This document shows positions 49,533-58,708 of a stretch of DNA of 64,000 nt, one piece after another. The notes under the pieces were generated by a model, which saw only the letters and a program-made list of their open reading frames with translations, did not search any database and was not told the origin of the DNA. The stretch's first letter is position 1; each line of letters begins with the position of its first letter. The stretch is from Alphaproteobacteria bacterium (GTDB taxonomy: Bacteria; Pseudomonadota; Alphaproteobacteria; MPNO01; UBA2964). The stretch covers positions 6,288-70,287 of the forward strand of contig WLWZ01000016.1 of the NCBI GenBank assembly GCA_012103315.1, in the 5' to 3' direction. Made by a program: the position numbers and the translations under genes.

Positions 49533-50378
49533 TCAATCCACGAACATCGGTCCGGGTTTCTCGTAGAGATCGTCGTAATCAACGAGCGCTGGTCGGCCAG
49601 AGAGCGGCTGGGAGACGCCGTTGCGGAATGCCCATTCACCGCGATCACTATTCTCGGCAATTACATAGTCATTGATATAAAAGCGCCGGTCCGTGTTGGA
49701 ACGATTAGGGCCGGAGCCGTGCAATGTGTGGACCGACCAGATGGCGACATCGCCGGGTTCCATTTCAAGCGTCACGGCTTTGTCTGGATCGAGACCTAGA
49801 TGCTCCAGGTCGTTTTCGTCCAGTCGTTGATCCATAGCAACTTCCTCGGAATTGAGGGGTAGTTCTCCCAGCGTTTGGCTGCCGGGATAAACCACCATGG
49901 CGCCATTGTTGGCATCTTGCGCATCGATTGCGATCCCGGTCGAGATGTTGGAGTTAGCGAGATCGCGAAAGGCATCACGGGGGATATGCGATCGAGAGTC
50001 CTGATGATAGCCAAATTCCATATGAGCAGTGCCGGGGTGCTTCCAATGCATCTGATTGGTGAATTGCTTGAGATTGATTCCTAGCATCGGCGCAAGAAGT
50101 TTGAGAATTCGTGGGCTGCGGCGATAGCGATCAAGGGTGCGGTTGAAGTAGCTTGGCCATTGCACATAGCGCACGACAGGGCGTAGGGCATCATCATTGG
50201 TGATCTTGAAGAATGCGTTCTGTAGACGGTAACTACGCCCCAGCATCATGGCTTCGTTGTGGACCCGTTCAAAGGCGTGAGTTAGCTCTGCGACTTCATA
50301 GGGATCAAAAACCCCACGCGCCACGGCGTACCCATTCTTACGATATTGATCTAGTAAGCCTTCTGAATCTTGGGCCAT
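49533..50378 (-). CDS. Phytanoyl-CoA dioxygenase (PhyH) family protein
   Basis: 281 aa; Fe(II)/2OG HxD...H pattern in a PhyH-like fold. Confidence 0.7.
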   Translation of the reverse strand: MAQDSEGLLDQYRKNGYAVARGVFDPYEVAELTHAFERVHNEAMMLGRSYRLQNAFFKITNDDALRPVVRYVQWPSYFNRTLDRYRRSPRILKLLAPMLGINLKQFTNQMHWKHPGTAHMEFGYHQDSRSHIPRDAFRDLANSNISTGIAIDAQDANNGAMVVYPGSQTLGELPLNSEEVAMDQRLDENDLEHLGLDPDKAVTLEMEPGDVAIWSVHTLHGSGPNRSNTDRRFYINDYVIAENSDRGEWAFRNGVSQPLSGRPALVDYDDLYEKPGPMFVD

Positions 50379-50551
50379 CTAATTGCAGTCGTACGGCTGT
50401 CCCAGGCCCGATGCCCAAAACCCAATAAAGTAACAAACGCGACAATTTAAATCAGCTTTGAGGCCGAGGGTGTGCGGCAGCGCACAACCACTTACTTTTT
50501 GTGACAATTAAATGATATGAATTGTGGATAGGTTTGGAACGCGACAGGTGA

Positions 50552-51091
50552 ATGTCTATGGCGCTAATGGATCGTCGGAAAATTCTACGTCTCGGTGTCG
50601 CCGGTGTTTGTACCCTGGCAGGCGCTCCGGTGTTCGCCGCGACAACGCAGCGCCGTTTCCTATCGTTTGAACATCTCCATACCGGCGAGAAGGATACGAT
50701 TACCTATTGGGAAGACGGGGCCTATGTCTCTGATGCTCTTAAATCGTTGGATCATTTGCTGCGCGATCATCGTACCGATGAGGTGTTGAGCATTGATCGC
50801 GACCTATTTGATCAACTACACCGTCTGCAGCGGCTGGTCGGCAGCAATCAAACATTTCAGGTTATATCCGGGTATCGATCTCCGCGGACCAACGCCATGC
50901 TGGCAAGGCGCAGCGGTGGTGTTTCAAAGCGCAGCTATCACCAGTTCGGAATGGCGATTGACGTGCGTCTACCTGGAACAGGTTTGCGAGACCTCAAATC
51001 AGCGGCTTTGTCGATGAAAGCTGGCGGTGTTGGTTATTATCCGCGTTCGAACTTTGTACATCTCGATACGGGACGTGTTCGTTTTTGGTAG
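50552..51091 (+). CDS. DUF882/YcbK (MepK-like) Tat-secreted peptidase M15 family protein
   Basis: 179 aa; twin-arginine signal MDRRKILRLGVAG...AA; DUF882 core with SYHQFGMAIDV. Confidence 0.75.
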   Translation: MSMALMDRRKILRLGVAGVCTLAGAPVFAATTQRRFLSFEHLHTGEKDTITYWEDGAYVSDALKSLDHLLRDHRTDEVLSIDRDLFDQLHRLQRLVGSNQTFQVISGYRSPRTNAMLARRSGGVSKRSYHQFGMAIDVRLPGTGLRDLKSAALSMKAGGVGYYPRSNFVHLDTGRVRFW

Positions 51092-51161
51092 CGGTGCCCG
51101 TCGCGCATCGTGAATTGGCCTGCTAGACTTCCTGAAACCTTGATGACAGGGAGCATAGAAA

Positions 51162-52055
51162 GTGGCGAATATTAAAGACCACAAATACTTCAAATCAAAA
51201 TGCGTCTATCGCGATTACACTCAGGATGAACTGAACGTTCAGTATAGCGCGCGCGGCACCGCCCCCGATGGCGATGTGTACCGGGATTTTATTTCCGAAA
51301 ATAGTGCCCGGGTGCGGGACGAGATGGAATGCCAAATCGATGTCCCCTATGGACCAACCGCTGCTGAGGTGGTCAATGTCTTTCCTGCCGAAAAACCGGG
51401 TTCACCCATCGTCTATTTCATTCATGGCGGCTACTGGCGGTCATCGAGCCAGAAGGATGTTGATCTCTATGCCGAGGCCTTGGTCCCAGCCGGCTGCGCT
51501 TATGTAACAGTGAATTATCTGCTGGCCCCGGAAGCCACGCTTGATGAGATCGTGCGTCAGTGCCGTGCTGGCCTCGCCTGGGCCTATAATAATGCCGAGA
51601 GCTTCAACGGCGATCCCAATAATGTTCATGTTGTCGGAAGATCAGCCGGAGGACATCTGACTGGTATGATGCTGGCCGATGGTTGGCGCGAGGAATTTGG
51701 CTTGCCAGATGATCTGATTAAGAGTGCCTGCGCTTTGTCAGGCCTATTTGATCTCGAGCCGGTTCGGCTGTCTAAAGTCAATGAATGGGCCAAGCTCGAT
51801 AAGGAAGCCGCCAATCGCAACAGCCCGGTTCATCATATGCCCAAGGTTTCATGCCCCATCATCATCGCCTGGGGAGAAAACGAAACCGATGAGTTTAAAC
51901 GTCAATCCGATCTGTACCGCATTGCTTGGCAGTCGCGGGGTTGGCCGTGCCAAGTCATGGAATTTGCAGGCAAGCATCATTTTGCCTCAATGCCGGACCT
52001 GATGTATCCCGACGAACCCTGTACCAAAGCGCTACTGGCGCAAATCGGGCTCTAA
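51162..52055 (+). CDS. Alpha/beta hydrolase, arylformamidase/kynurenine formamidase-like esterase
   Basis: 297 aa; HGGYW oxyanion motif; GRSAGGHL nucleophile elbow. Confidence 0.65.
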   Translation: MANIKDHKYFKSKCVYRDYTQDELNVQYSARGTAPDGDVYRDFISENSARVRDEMECQIDVPYGPTAAEVVNVFPAEKPGSPIVYFIHGGYWRSSSQKDVDLYAEALVPAGCAYVTVNYLLAPEATLDEIVRQCRAGLAWAYNNAESFNGDPNNVHVVGRSAGGHLTGMMLADGWREEFGLPDDLIKSACALSGLFDLEPVRLSKVNEWAKLDKEAANRNSPVHHMPKVSCPIIIAWGENETDEFKRQSDLYRIAWQSRGWPCQVMEFAGKHHFASMPDLMYPDEPCTKALLAQIGL

Positions 52056-52061
52056 GCAATC

Positions 52062-53426
52062 ATGACAGATATAAAAAACTGGACCCCGCCTGAGGAAATA
52101 GAACGCGCCCAATGCGTTGCGGAGTCAGATGACATCGCCGCCCGGCCCGATATTCCTTTCACCGAGCATGAAGATCTATTCCGCATCGAGGTGGTCGGGA
52201 TGGAGTGGGATATCGGTGCACAGATCTATGAGCCATTCGATCCGTCGCAAATAGCGGTCGGCGCCGACGGCAAAAAAATTGGCGTCTATCTATTATCGGG
52301 CGGTGATGGTGATTTTAAAACCATGGCGCCGGTGGCAAAGCTGCTATGCAGTAAGTTCGGTTTCAAAGTCACCACCATGACGTATCCAGGGCGTCTCTAC
52401 CTCGATGACCCGTCTCGGCACTGGCCAGGCGATACAATCAACGCAGATGGGACAATCCGTACTCCGCAATGGTTGACCGGAGAACACATTACCCCAGATC
52501 AGTATGAGGTGGTTACCGATACCTCGATCCGTGAACGCTACGGCACCCGGACTGTCTTGCACGCCAAGCCGGGAAGCACTTTTTGGTATCGTATGGCAGG
52601 CTGGCCAGCCGCATTTGAGCGTGGCGGGATCGAGGCAATGGCGCGCAATATGCCGGAAGACGAATACTCGATTTATGTCCACGGCCACTCAACCGGCGGT
52701 CCCTTCGTCTTCATGCTGTCGCAGCGCGTGCCGAATGTCGCGGGGGTCATGGCGATTGAGAACTCTGCTTTCGGTTATATCAATGAAGCCAAGCTGGCGA
52801 AGCAAGGCTCCCTTGGAGCAATTGGTGATTTCGACCAAGTTGTTACCGAAACACAACGCACCGATCCGTTCTATGAGCTCTATATCCGCACCTGGCGCGA
52901 TAAGGCACGCTATCTTGGACCTGAAAAACTTGGGCAGGACGGGCCGGTCGCCCTCATGCGCCTACCGTCTCTGATTGAGGAGGTCATGGCGGCGTGGGAT
53001 GCGGCGAAAAACGAGCCGCAGTTCAAATGCGAATACATCGTCAGCACAAATATCGAGGCATCTCTTGAAGAAGGCGCGCGCGTCACGGCTGAACGTATGG
53101 CGTTGGGAGGCAATGAAACTGAAGTTCTGATCCACCAATTCCTGGGCTATGGCCGCGAACTTAAGGGGTCAGATGTCAAGCCGGTTCCGCCGGTTCTTTT
53201 CTGTGTTTCGAAAGACAGCCGTGATCATAGTGCCGATAGCTACCGGACAATGGTCGTGCCGAAATATGCCGAGATGGACCCAGCCCCTAAAACAGCTTTG
53301 GTCCATTTTCAGGCGGGTGTGCATTCCTACTGGTGGGCGGAAGACGGCCTGCCAAACGGGATCGCGCCCTCGGTTGCCCAACTAATGCATGATGCCGTGA
53401 TGGGCGGGTATTTCTTGGGGGACTAG
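52062..53426 (+). CDS. Alpha/beta hydrolase domain protein with an uncharacterised N-terminal extension of about 200 aa
   Basis: 454 aa; GHSTGG nucleophile elbow near residue 215; no signal peptide; 6 nt after the previous gene. Confidence 0.5.
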   Translation: MTDIKNWTPPEEIERAQCVAESDDIAARPDIPFTEHEDLFRIEVVGMEWDIGAQIYEPFDPSQIAVGADGKKIGVYLLSGGDGDFKTMAPVAKLLCSKFGFKVTTMTYPGRLYLDDPSRHWPGDTINADGTIRTPQWLTGEHITPDQYEVVTDTSIRERYGTRTVLHAKPGSTFWYRMAGWPAAFERGGIEAMARNMPEDEYSIYVHGHSTGGPFVFMLSQRVPNVAGVMAIENSAFGYINEAKLAKQGSLGAIGDFDQVVTETQRTDPFYELYIRTWRDKARYLGPEKLGQDGPVALMRLPSLIEEVMAAWDAAKNEPQFKCEYIVSTNIEASLEEGARVTAERMALGGNETEVLIHQFLGYGRELKGSDVKPVPPVLFCVSKDSRDHSADSYRTMVVPKYAEMDPAPKTALVHFQAGVHSYWWAEDGLPNGIAPSVAQLMHDAVMGGYFLGD

Positions 53427-53437
53427 TCTAGCCGTCT

Positions 53438-54337
53438 CTATCCCTCGACGGAGTCGTGGACGTTATTGCGCAGGATTTCGAGGAATGAATTCGTGGCGAT
53501 AGATTGCGCAACGCGCGTATTCACCAAGGTCGCAACGATGCGGGTGATTGGCGGGTCGGTGGGGCGAAAGACGATATTGGCGTTGGGAAAGTCTGCAGCG
53601 GTTGTCCGGTCAACGAGGGTTATTCCCGCGCCGGCCTCGACCATCTTGCAAAGCGAAGTATGGGTGCGTGCTTCGCCGACCACGATGGGTTCGACTTTTT
53701 GTTTGCGTAGTGCCTTCCAGATGACGGAGCCGTATTCGCTATCTTCGGGAAGGACGACCATGCGACGGCCATTTAGTTCTCGTAAATTGACGACCTTTTG
53801 GCTCGCGAGTGGGTCACCGGCACCCATCGCCAGCAAGACGCTGGTCTCAAACAGCGGTTCAGCCTTGATAAGGGCGTCGCATACGGTCGCCGAGGCAATT
53901 CCGACATCGAAGGTTTGCGATGCGATGCCTTCGACGACACCGGCTGTGCCGGAGCTCTCAAGCTCGACCATGATCCCGGGGTTGTCTTTGAGAAATTGAC
54001 CAATAATGCTGGCGACAAACCCGTCAGCATATTTGGATAATGCGATCACACGGACGGTGCCGGTGGCCTTTTCACGGATTCCTGTAGCGACCTGGCCAAT
54101 TCTATCGAGCCCGACGAAGGAGCGTTTGACCTCATCGTAAAGCGCATGAGCATCCTGGGTTGGTACCAGGCCGCGCGCTCGACGCTCAAAAAGCTGAAAC
54201 CCGACATTAGCCTCAAGATCGCTCAGCAACCGGCTGACGGCAGGCTGGGTGACATGCAGGACTTCGCTGGCTGCGGTAGCGGAACCAAACTCCATGGCAG
54301 CCCGAAATGCTTCTATTTGTCTGAGATTAATACGCAT
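53438..54337 (-). CDS. LysR family transcriptional regulator
   Basis: 299 aa; N-terminal HTH (MRINLRQIEAFRAAMEFGSATAASEVLHVTQPAVSRLLSDLE) and a C-terminal LysR substrate-binding domain. Confidence 0.9.
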   Translation of the reverse strand: MRINLRQIEAFRAAMEFGSATAASEVLHVTQPAVSRLLSDLEANVGFQLFERRARGLVPTQDAHALYDEVKRSFVGLDRIGQVATGIREKATGTVRVIALSKYADGFVASIIGQFLKDNPGIMVELESSGTAGVVEGIASQTFDVGIASATVCDALIKAEPLFETSVLLAMGAGDPLASQKVVNLRELNGRRMVVLPEDSEYGSVIWKALRKQKVEPIVVGEARTHTSLCKMVEAGAGITLVDRTTAADFPNANIVFRPTDPPITRIVATLVNTRVAQSIATNSFLEILRNNVHDSVEG

Positions 54338-54476
54338 TATTCAACTATAACATTTAGGTATGGAAAGTGAAGATAATAGAATTCGCTATTATTTCTTGGA
54401 GTCGACAGAATAGCGTCATAGCACAACAGTTTGACTAAGATTTCTGCGCAATTCGATCTAATTTAGGGGATTTAAA

Positions 54477-55412
54477 ATGATCACACTAAGACTCGAAAGT
54501 ACTTCACCTTTTCAGGGACTAGCGGAGCTTGTCGCTGATAAAGAGGGCCTGTTTGAAAAAGAAGGCATCCACATCGAATGGATAGACCGTGATAAGGGCG
54601 TCAAGAAAGAGATTCGCACCGACATCACCAGTCCGGACGAGCTCGATCCACATGTAAGCCATGGCAAGGCGTTCGAGCAGGGCAAGGCTGATATGTATAA
54701 CGCCTGTGAATGGGGCAATTACTGTCGTGTTCAGGATACCAGCGTCCAATCTGGCCGCCAGGTTGGCCGCCGTGCTATCGTGACCTTCGCAGGTTTGGTT
54801 GTTCGGCCAGAGTCGGACGTGTACACGCCGCAGCAACTTGCCGGTAAAACGGTTGGTGTGCCGTTCTACTTTGGAACGCATTATCTTGCATTGCATATGC
54901 TGGAAGGTTTCTTGCCACGCGACCAAATCAATGTCTGTAGTGCGCCAAATGGTTCTCGTATGCGCTATGATGCGATGATGTCAGGCGAGTTGGAAGCAAC
55001 AACACTGACCGAGCCCTATCTGTCATTGGCTGAAAAGAATGGTTGTCGCGTTGTCGCGACCGCGTTCTACCACGGGACTGAAGTGGCTTCTGACAAGGTC
55101 GATACGGAAACCTATGCCAAGTTCAACCGTGCGGTTAAAGAAGCCGTTATCCGGATCAACGCCGACAAGACGAAATACCTTCAATACTTCATCGATTGTC
55201 ACAAGGACAAAGACCCTGAAGTCGGTGAGCTGACCATTGCCGATTTGCAGGCCAGCCGTATCGTGGTCGTTGACCCTGCAGCAATTCCTGCTGAGGAATT
55301 GGCTCGCACAGCGGACTGGATCAAGAGCTGGGGCATGTTGACCGAGACAGACGATCATAACGATCTGGTCAATATGGAAGTTCAAGAAGGTGCTCACGCG
55401 GCGGCTGAATAA
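54477..55412 (+). CDS. NMT1/THI5/SsuA-like periplasmic-binding-protein-fold protein lacking a signal peptide (paralog A)
   Basis: 311 aa; TSPFQGLAELVADKEGLFEKEGIHIEW N-terminus typical of the NMT1/THI5 family; invariant SHGK...YNACEWGNYCRVQD. Confidence 0.6.
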   Translation: MITLRLESTSPFQGLAELVADKEGLFEKEGIHIEWIDRDKGVKKEIRTDITSPDELDPHVSHGKAFEQGKADMYNACEWGNYCRVQDTSVQSGRQVGRRAIVTFAGLVVRPESDVYTPQQLAGKTVGVPFYFGTHYLALHMLEGFLPRDQINVCSAPNGSRMRYDAMMSGELEATTLTEPYLSLAEKNGCRVVATAFYHGTEVASDKVDTETYAKFNRAVKEAVIRINADKTKYLQYFIDCHKDKDPEVGELTIADLQASRIVVVDPAAIPAEELARTADWIKSWGMLTETDDHNDLVNMEVQEGAHAAAE

Positions 55413-55483
55413 CAGCTGACACTACTTCGAATTATGGGTGGGGATGTGTGTCTCCACCCATTCGCCTTTACAGGGAGGTCGTT

Positions 55484-56416
55484 ATGAAGAAGTTGGTTTT
55501 AGAAACCACAGCACCGTTTCAGGGGCTGGCAGAGTTGGTGGCGGATCGCGAAGGACTTTTTGCCAAAGAGGGCATTGAAATCGAATGGGCAGATCGTGAA
55601 AAGGGTGTCGATAAAACAGTCCAGAAGGACGTAACGAGCCCGGAGGGTGTTAATCCATTCGCCAGTCACGGCAAGCTCTTCGAAGAGGGTAAGGCGGATA
55701 TGTATAACGCCTGCGAATGGGGCAACTACTGCCGTGTTCAGGACACCAATCAGGGCGGTCGCCAGCTCGGTCGTCGTGCCATTGTTTGCTTTGCTGGGCT
55801 TTATGTCCGACCAGACTCTGAGGTCTATACCGCGCAACAACTGGTCGACAAGGATGTCGGAGCGCCGTTCTATTTTGGAACCCATTACCTCATCTTGCAT
55901 ATGCTGGAGGGCTTTATGAAGCGCGACCAGATTAAGCTTGTGCGGGCACCTAATGGGTCGCGTTATCGCTATGACGCGTTGATGGCTGGTGAATATGAAG
56001 CGACCTGTTTGACGGAGCCGTATGCGTCGCTGGCCGAAAAAGAGGGATGCCGGTTGGTAACTTCTTCGTTCCTGCATGGCACTGAAGTGGCTTCTGACAA
56101 GGTCGATACCGAGACCTACACCAAGTTCAATAGGGCTGTGAAAGAAGCGGTCAAACGGGTCAATGCTGACCGGTCCGCCTATATGCATTACTTCATCGAT
56201 TATTACAAAGATAAGGATACTCGGATTGCTGACATGGATATCAGCGATCTCATGGAATCCCGTGTCGTGTTGGTTGATCCAGCACCAATTCCGCAGGAAG
56301 AAGCTGATCGTACAGCTGCCTGGATCAAGAGTTGGGGCATGCTGGCGGAAACAGGTGAAGCCTCTGAGCTTATCAATATGGAAGTTCAGGACGGCGCCCA
56401 CGCTGCTGCTGAATGA
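55484..56416 (+). CDS. NMT1/THI5/SsuA-like PBP-fold protein lacking a signal peptide (paralog B)
   Basis: Start moved to MKKLVLETT (RBS AGGGAGG). Roughly 65% identical to paralog A, with the same CEWGNYC motif. Confidence 0.6.
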   Translation: MKKLVLETTAPFQGLAELVADREGLFAKEGIEIEWADREKGVDKTVQKDVTSPEGVNPFASHGKLFEEGKADMYNACEWGNYCRVQDTNQGGRQLGRRAIVCFAGLYVRPDSEVYTAQQLVDKDVGAPFYFGTHYLILHMLEGFMKRDQIKLVRAPNGSRYRYDALMAGEYEATCLTEPYASLAEKEGCRLVTSSFLHGTEVASDKVDTETYTKFNRAVKEAVKRVNADRSAYMHYFIDYYKDKDTRIADMDISDLMESRVVLVDPAPIPQEEADRTAAWIKSWGMLAETGEASELINMEVQDGAHAAAE

Positions 56417-57348
56417 AGAAGCTCACTCTTGAGACGACGGCTCCCTTTCAGGGGCTACCGGAACTCGTTGCTTATGACGAGGGCCTCTTCGAGGCTGAAG
56501 GCATTAAAGTGGCCTGGGCGGACCGTGATGCTGGTCCGAAGCCGGGAACCCAGAAAGACGTCAATACACCGGTTGGCGTTGACCCGTTTGCCAGCCACGG
56601 CAAGCTGTTCGAGCAGGGCAAAGCGGATATGTATAACGCCTGTGAGTGGGGGAATTACTGTCGCGTGCAGGATTCTGATTCAGGCGGAAAACAGGTTGGT
56701 AGACGGGCAATAGTCGCCTTTGGCGCGCTGGTTGTACCACCGGACTCGACCGCTTATACGCCCCAGCAGATGGCCGGCAAGGTTGTTGGGTTACCGTATT
56801 ATTTTGGTACCCATTTTCTGGCCCTGTTGATGCTTGAAGGCTTTTTGCCGCGTGATCAGATCAAAACCTGCAAAACTCCCAACGGCTCACGGCGCCAATA
56901 TGATGCGCTACTGCGCGGTGAATATGACGGCGCTTGTCTAACGGAGCCCTATATCTCGCTTGCGGAAAAGCAAGGCTGTCGGGTTTTGGCGGCGGCGTCT
57001 TTCCATGGCACCGAGGTCGTGTCTGACAAAGTCGATGTCGAGACCTATGCGGCATTCAATCGGGCTGTGACTGAAGCAGTGCGGCGGATCAACGCCGACA
57101 AGCAAAGCTATATGCATTACTTCATCGATTATTATAAGGATCGCGATCCCGAAGTTAGCGCGGTTCTGACAGTGGATGATTTGCGGCCAAGTCGGCTGAT
57201 TGTTCAAAAGCCAGGGCCGATCCCAACCGAAGAACTGGACCGTTCCTATGAGTGGATCAGAAGCTGGGGGATGCTGGCTGAGACGACTGTTGCCGCCGAT
57301 CTGGTCGATATGGAATCCCAGGACGAAGCGCACGCTGCGGCGGAGTGA
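56413..57348 (+). CDS. NMT1/THI5/SsuA-like PBP-fold protein lacking a signal peptide (paralog C)
   Basis: 311 aa; MKKLTLETTAPFQG; overlaps the paralog B stop by 4 nt; same conserved motifs. Confidence 0.6.
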   Translation: MKKLTLETTAPFQGLPELVAYDEGLFEAEGIKVAWADRDAGPKPGTQKDVNTPVGVDPFASHGKLFEQGKADMYNACEWGNYCRVQDSDSGGKQVGRRAIVAFGALVVPPDSTAYTPQQMAGKVVGLPYYFGTHFLALLMLEGFLPRDQIKTCKTPNGSRRQYDALLRGEYDGACLTEPYISLAEKQGCRVLAAASFHGTEVVSDKVDVETYAAFNRAVTEAVRRINADKQSYMHYFIDYYKDRDPEVSAVLTVDDLRPSRLIVQKPGPIPTEELDRSYEWIRSWGMLAETTVAADLVDMESQDEAHAAAE

Positions 57349-57453
57349 TTGCAGGTTAGCATTTTTTTATTTGATTCCCGGTATGGAGGGGATACAACCG
57401 TCGCCGTTGCGGTGATACGGTCTACCAATATTATTGAAGTGGGTTTTTGAGCA

Positions 57454-58689
57454 ATGTCGAAAAGCGTAAACGGGATTCAGCGCCGCGAAAGCGTGCCGGT
57501 AAAAGTCGGTAACGTCACAATCGGTGGTGATGCTCCTGTTGTGGTGCAGTCGATGACCAACACCGATACGGCGGATATCGCGTCGACGACAGAACAAGTA
57601 GCCCAGCTTGCCGAGGCAGGATCAGAAATAGTTCGGATTACGGTTGATCGGGAAGAAGCCGCCGCAGCCGTACCTCATATTCGCGACGGGCTGGCCAAGC
57701 AGGGTGTTGATGTGCCGCTGGTCGGCGATTTCCACTATATTGGCCACCAGCTTTTAACCAAATACCCAGATTGCGCCGAGGCCCTGGCGAAGTATCGGAT
57801 AAACCCTGGCAATGTTGGATTTCGCGAAAAGCGTGATCTGCAATTCTCCACCATGATCGAAGTTGCGCTTAAATATGATAAGCCGGTCCGCATCGGCGTG
57901 AACTGGGGAAGCCTTGATCAGGAATTACTTACCCATTTGATGGATGAGAATGCGAATTCTGATACGCCGAGAGAAGCAACGGATATTACCCGAGAGGCGA
58001 TGATCCAGTCAGCATTGCTATCAGCGGAACGTGCCCATGATCTCGGTATGGGGCCCGAGAAGATCATCATCTCCTGTAAGGTCTCCGAAGTGCAGGATTT
58101 GATCGGTGTCTATGCTGATATTGCTCAGCGCTGTAACTATGCGCTGCATCTTGGCCTGACGGAGGCGGGGATGGGTTCGAAGGGCATCGTCGCATCGACC
58201 GCTGGCATGGCTGTGCTGCTGCAACAGGGTATCGGCGACACCATTCGTGTCTCGCTAACACCTGAACCCGGCGGGGATCGTTCACGTGAAGTGATTGTTG
58301 CCCAGGAAATGCTGCAAACCATGGGGTTACGCTCATTCCTGCCTCTCGTGACGTCTTGCCCGGGCTGCGGTCGAACCACCAGTACGGTGTTTCAGGAACT
58401 CGCTAGCAAGATCCAGACCTACATCCGTGAACAGATGCCGGAATGGCGTGAAAATTATGATGGTGTCGAGGACATGGCCGTCGCAGTTATGGGCTGCATC
58501 GTCAACGGGCCTGGCGAAAGCAAGCACGCGAATATTGGGATTAGCTTGCCTGGCACAGGTGAGGAACCCGCAGCACCAGTCTTTATTGATGGTGAAAAAG
58601 CAATGACCCTACGCGGGCCTGGAATTGCCGAAGAGTTCCAGCAGATTGTCGATAAATATATCGACAGTCACTATGAGAAGCGCGCCTGA
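57454..58689 (+). CDS. ispG: 4-hydroxy-3-methylbut-2-en-1-yl diphosphate synthase (flavodoxin)
   Basis: 411 aa; TIM-barrel N-domain; C-terminal [4Fe-4S] Cys ligands (SCPGCGR...). Confidence 0.9.
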   Translation: MSKSVNGIQRRESVPVKVGNVTIGGDAPVVVQSMTNTDTADIASTTEQVAQLAEAGSEIVRITVDREEAAAAVPHIRDGLAKQGVDVPLVGDFHYIGHQLLTKYPDCAEALAKYRINPGNVGFREKRDLQFSTMIEVALKYDKPVRIGVNWGSLDQELLTHLMDENANSDTPREATDITREAMIQSALLSAERAHDLGMGPEKIIISCKVSEVQDLIGVYADIAQRCNYALHLGLTEAGMGSKGIVASTAGMAVLLQQGIGDTIRVSLTPEPGGDRSREVIVAQEMLQTMGLRSFLPLVTSCPGCGRTTSTVFQELASKIQTYIREQMPEWRENYDGVEDMAVAVMGCIVNGPGESKHANIGISLPGTGEEPAAPVFIDGEKAMTLRGPGIAEEFQQIVDKYIDSHYEKRA

Positions 58690-58708
58690 TTTTCATCAAG
58701 GGATAGCG

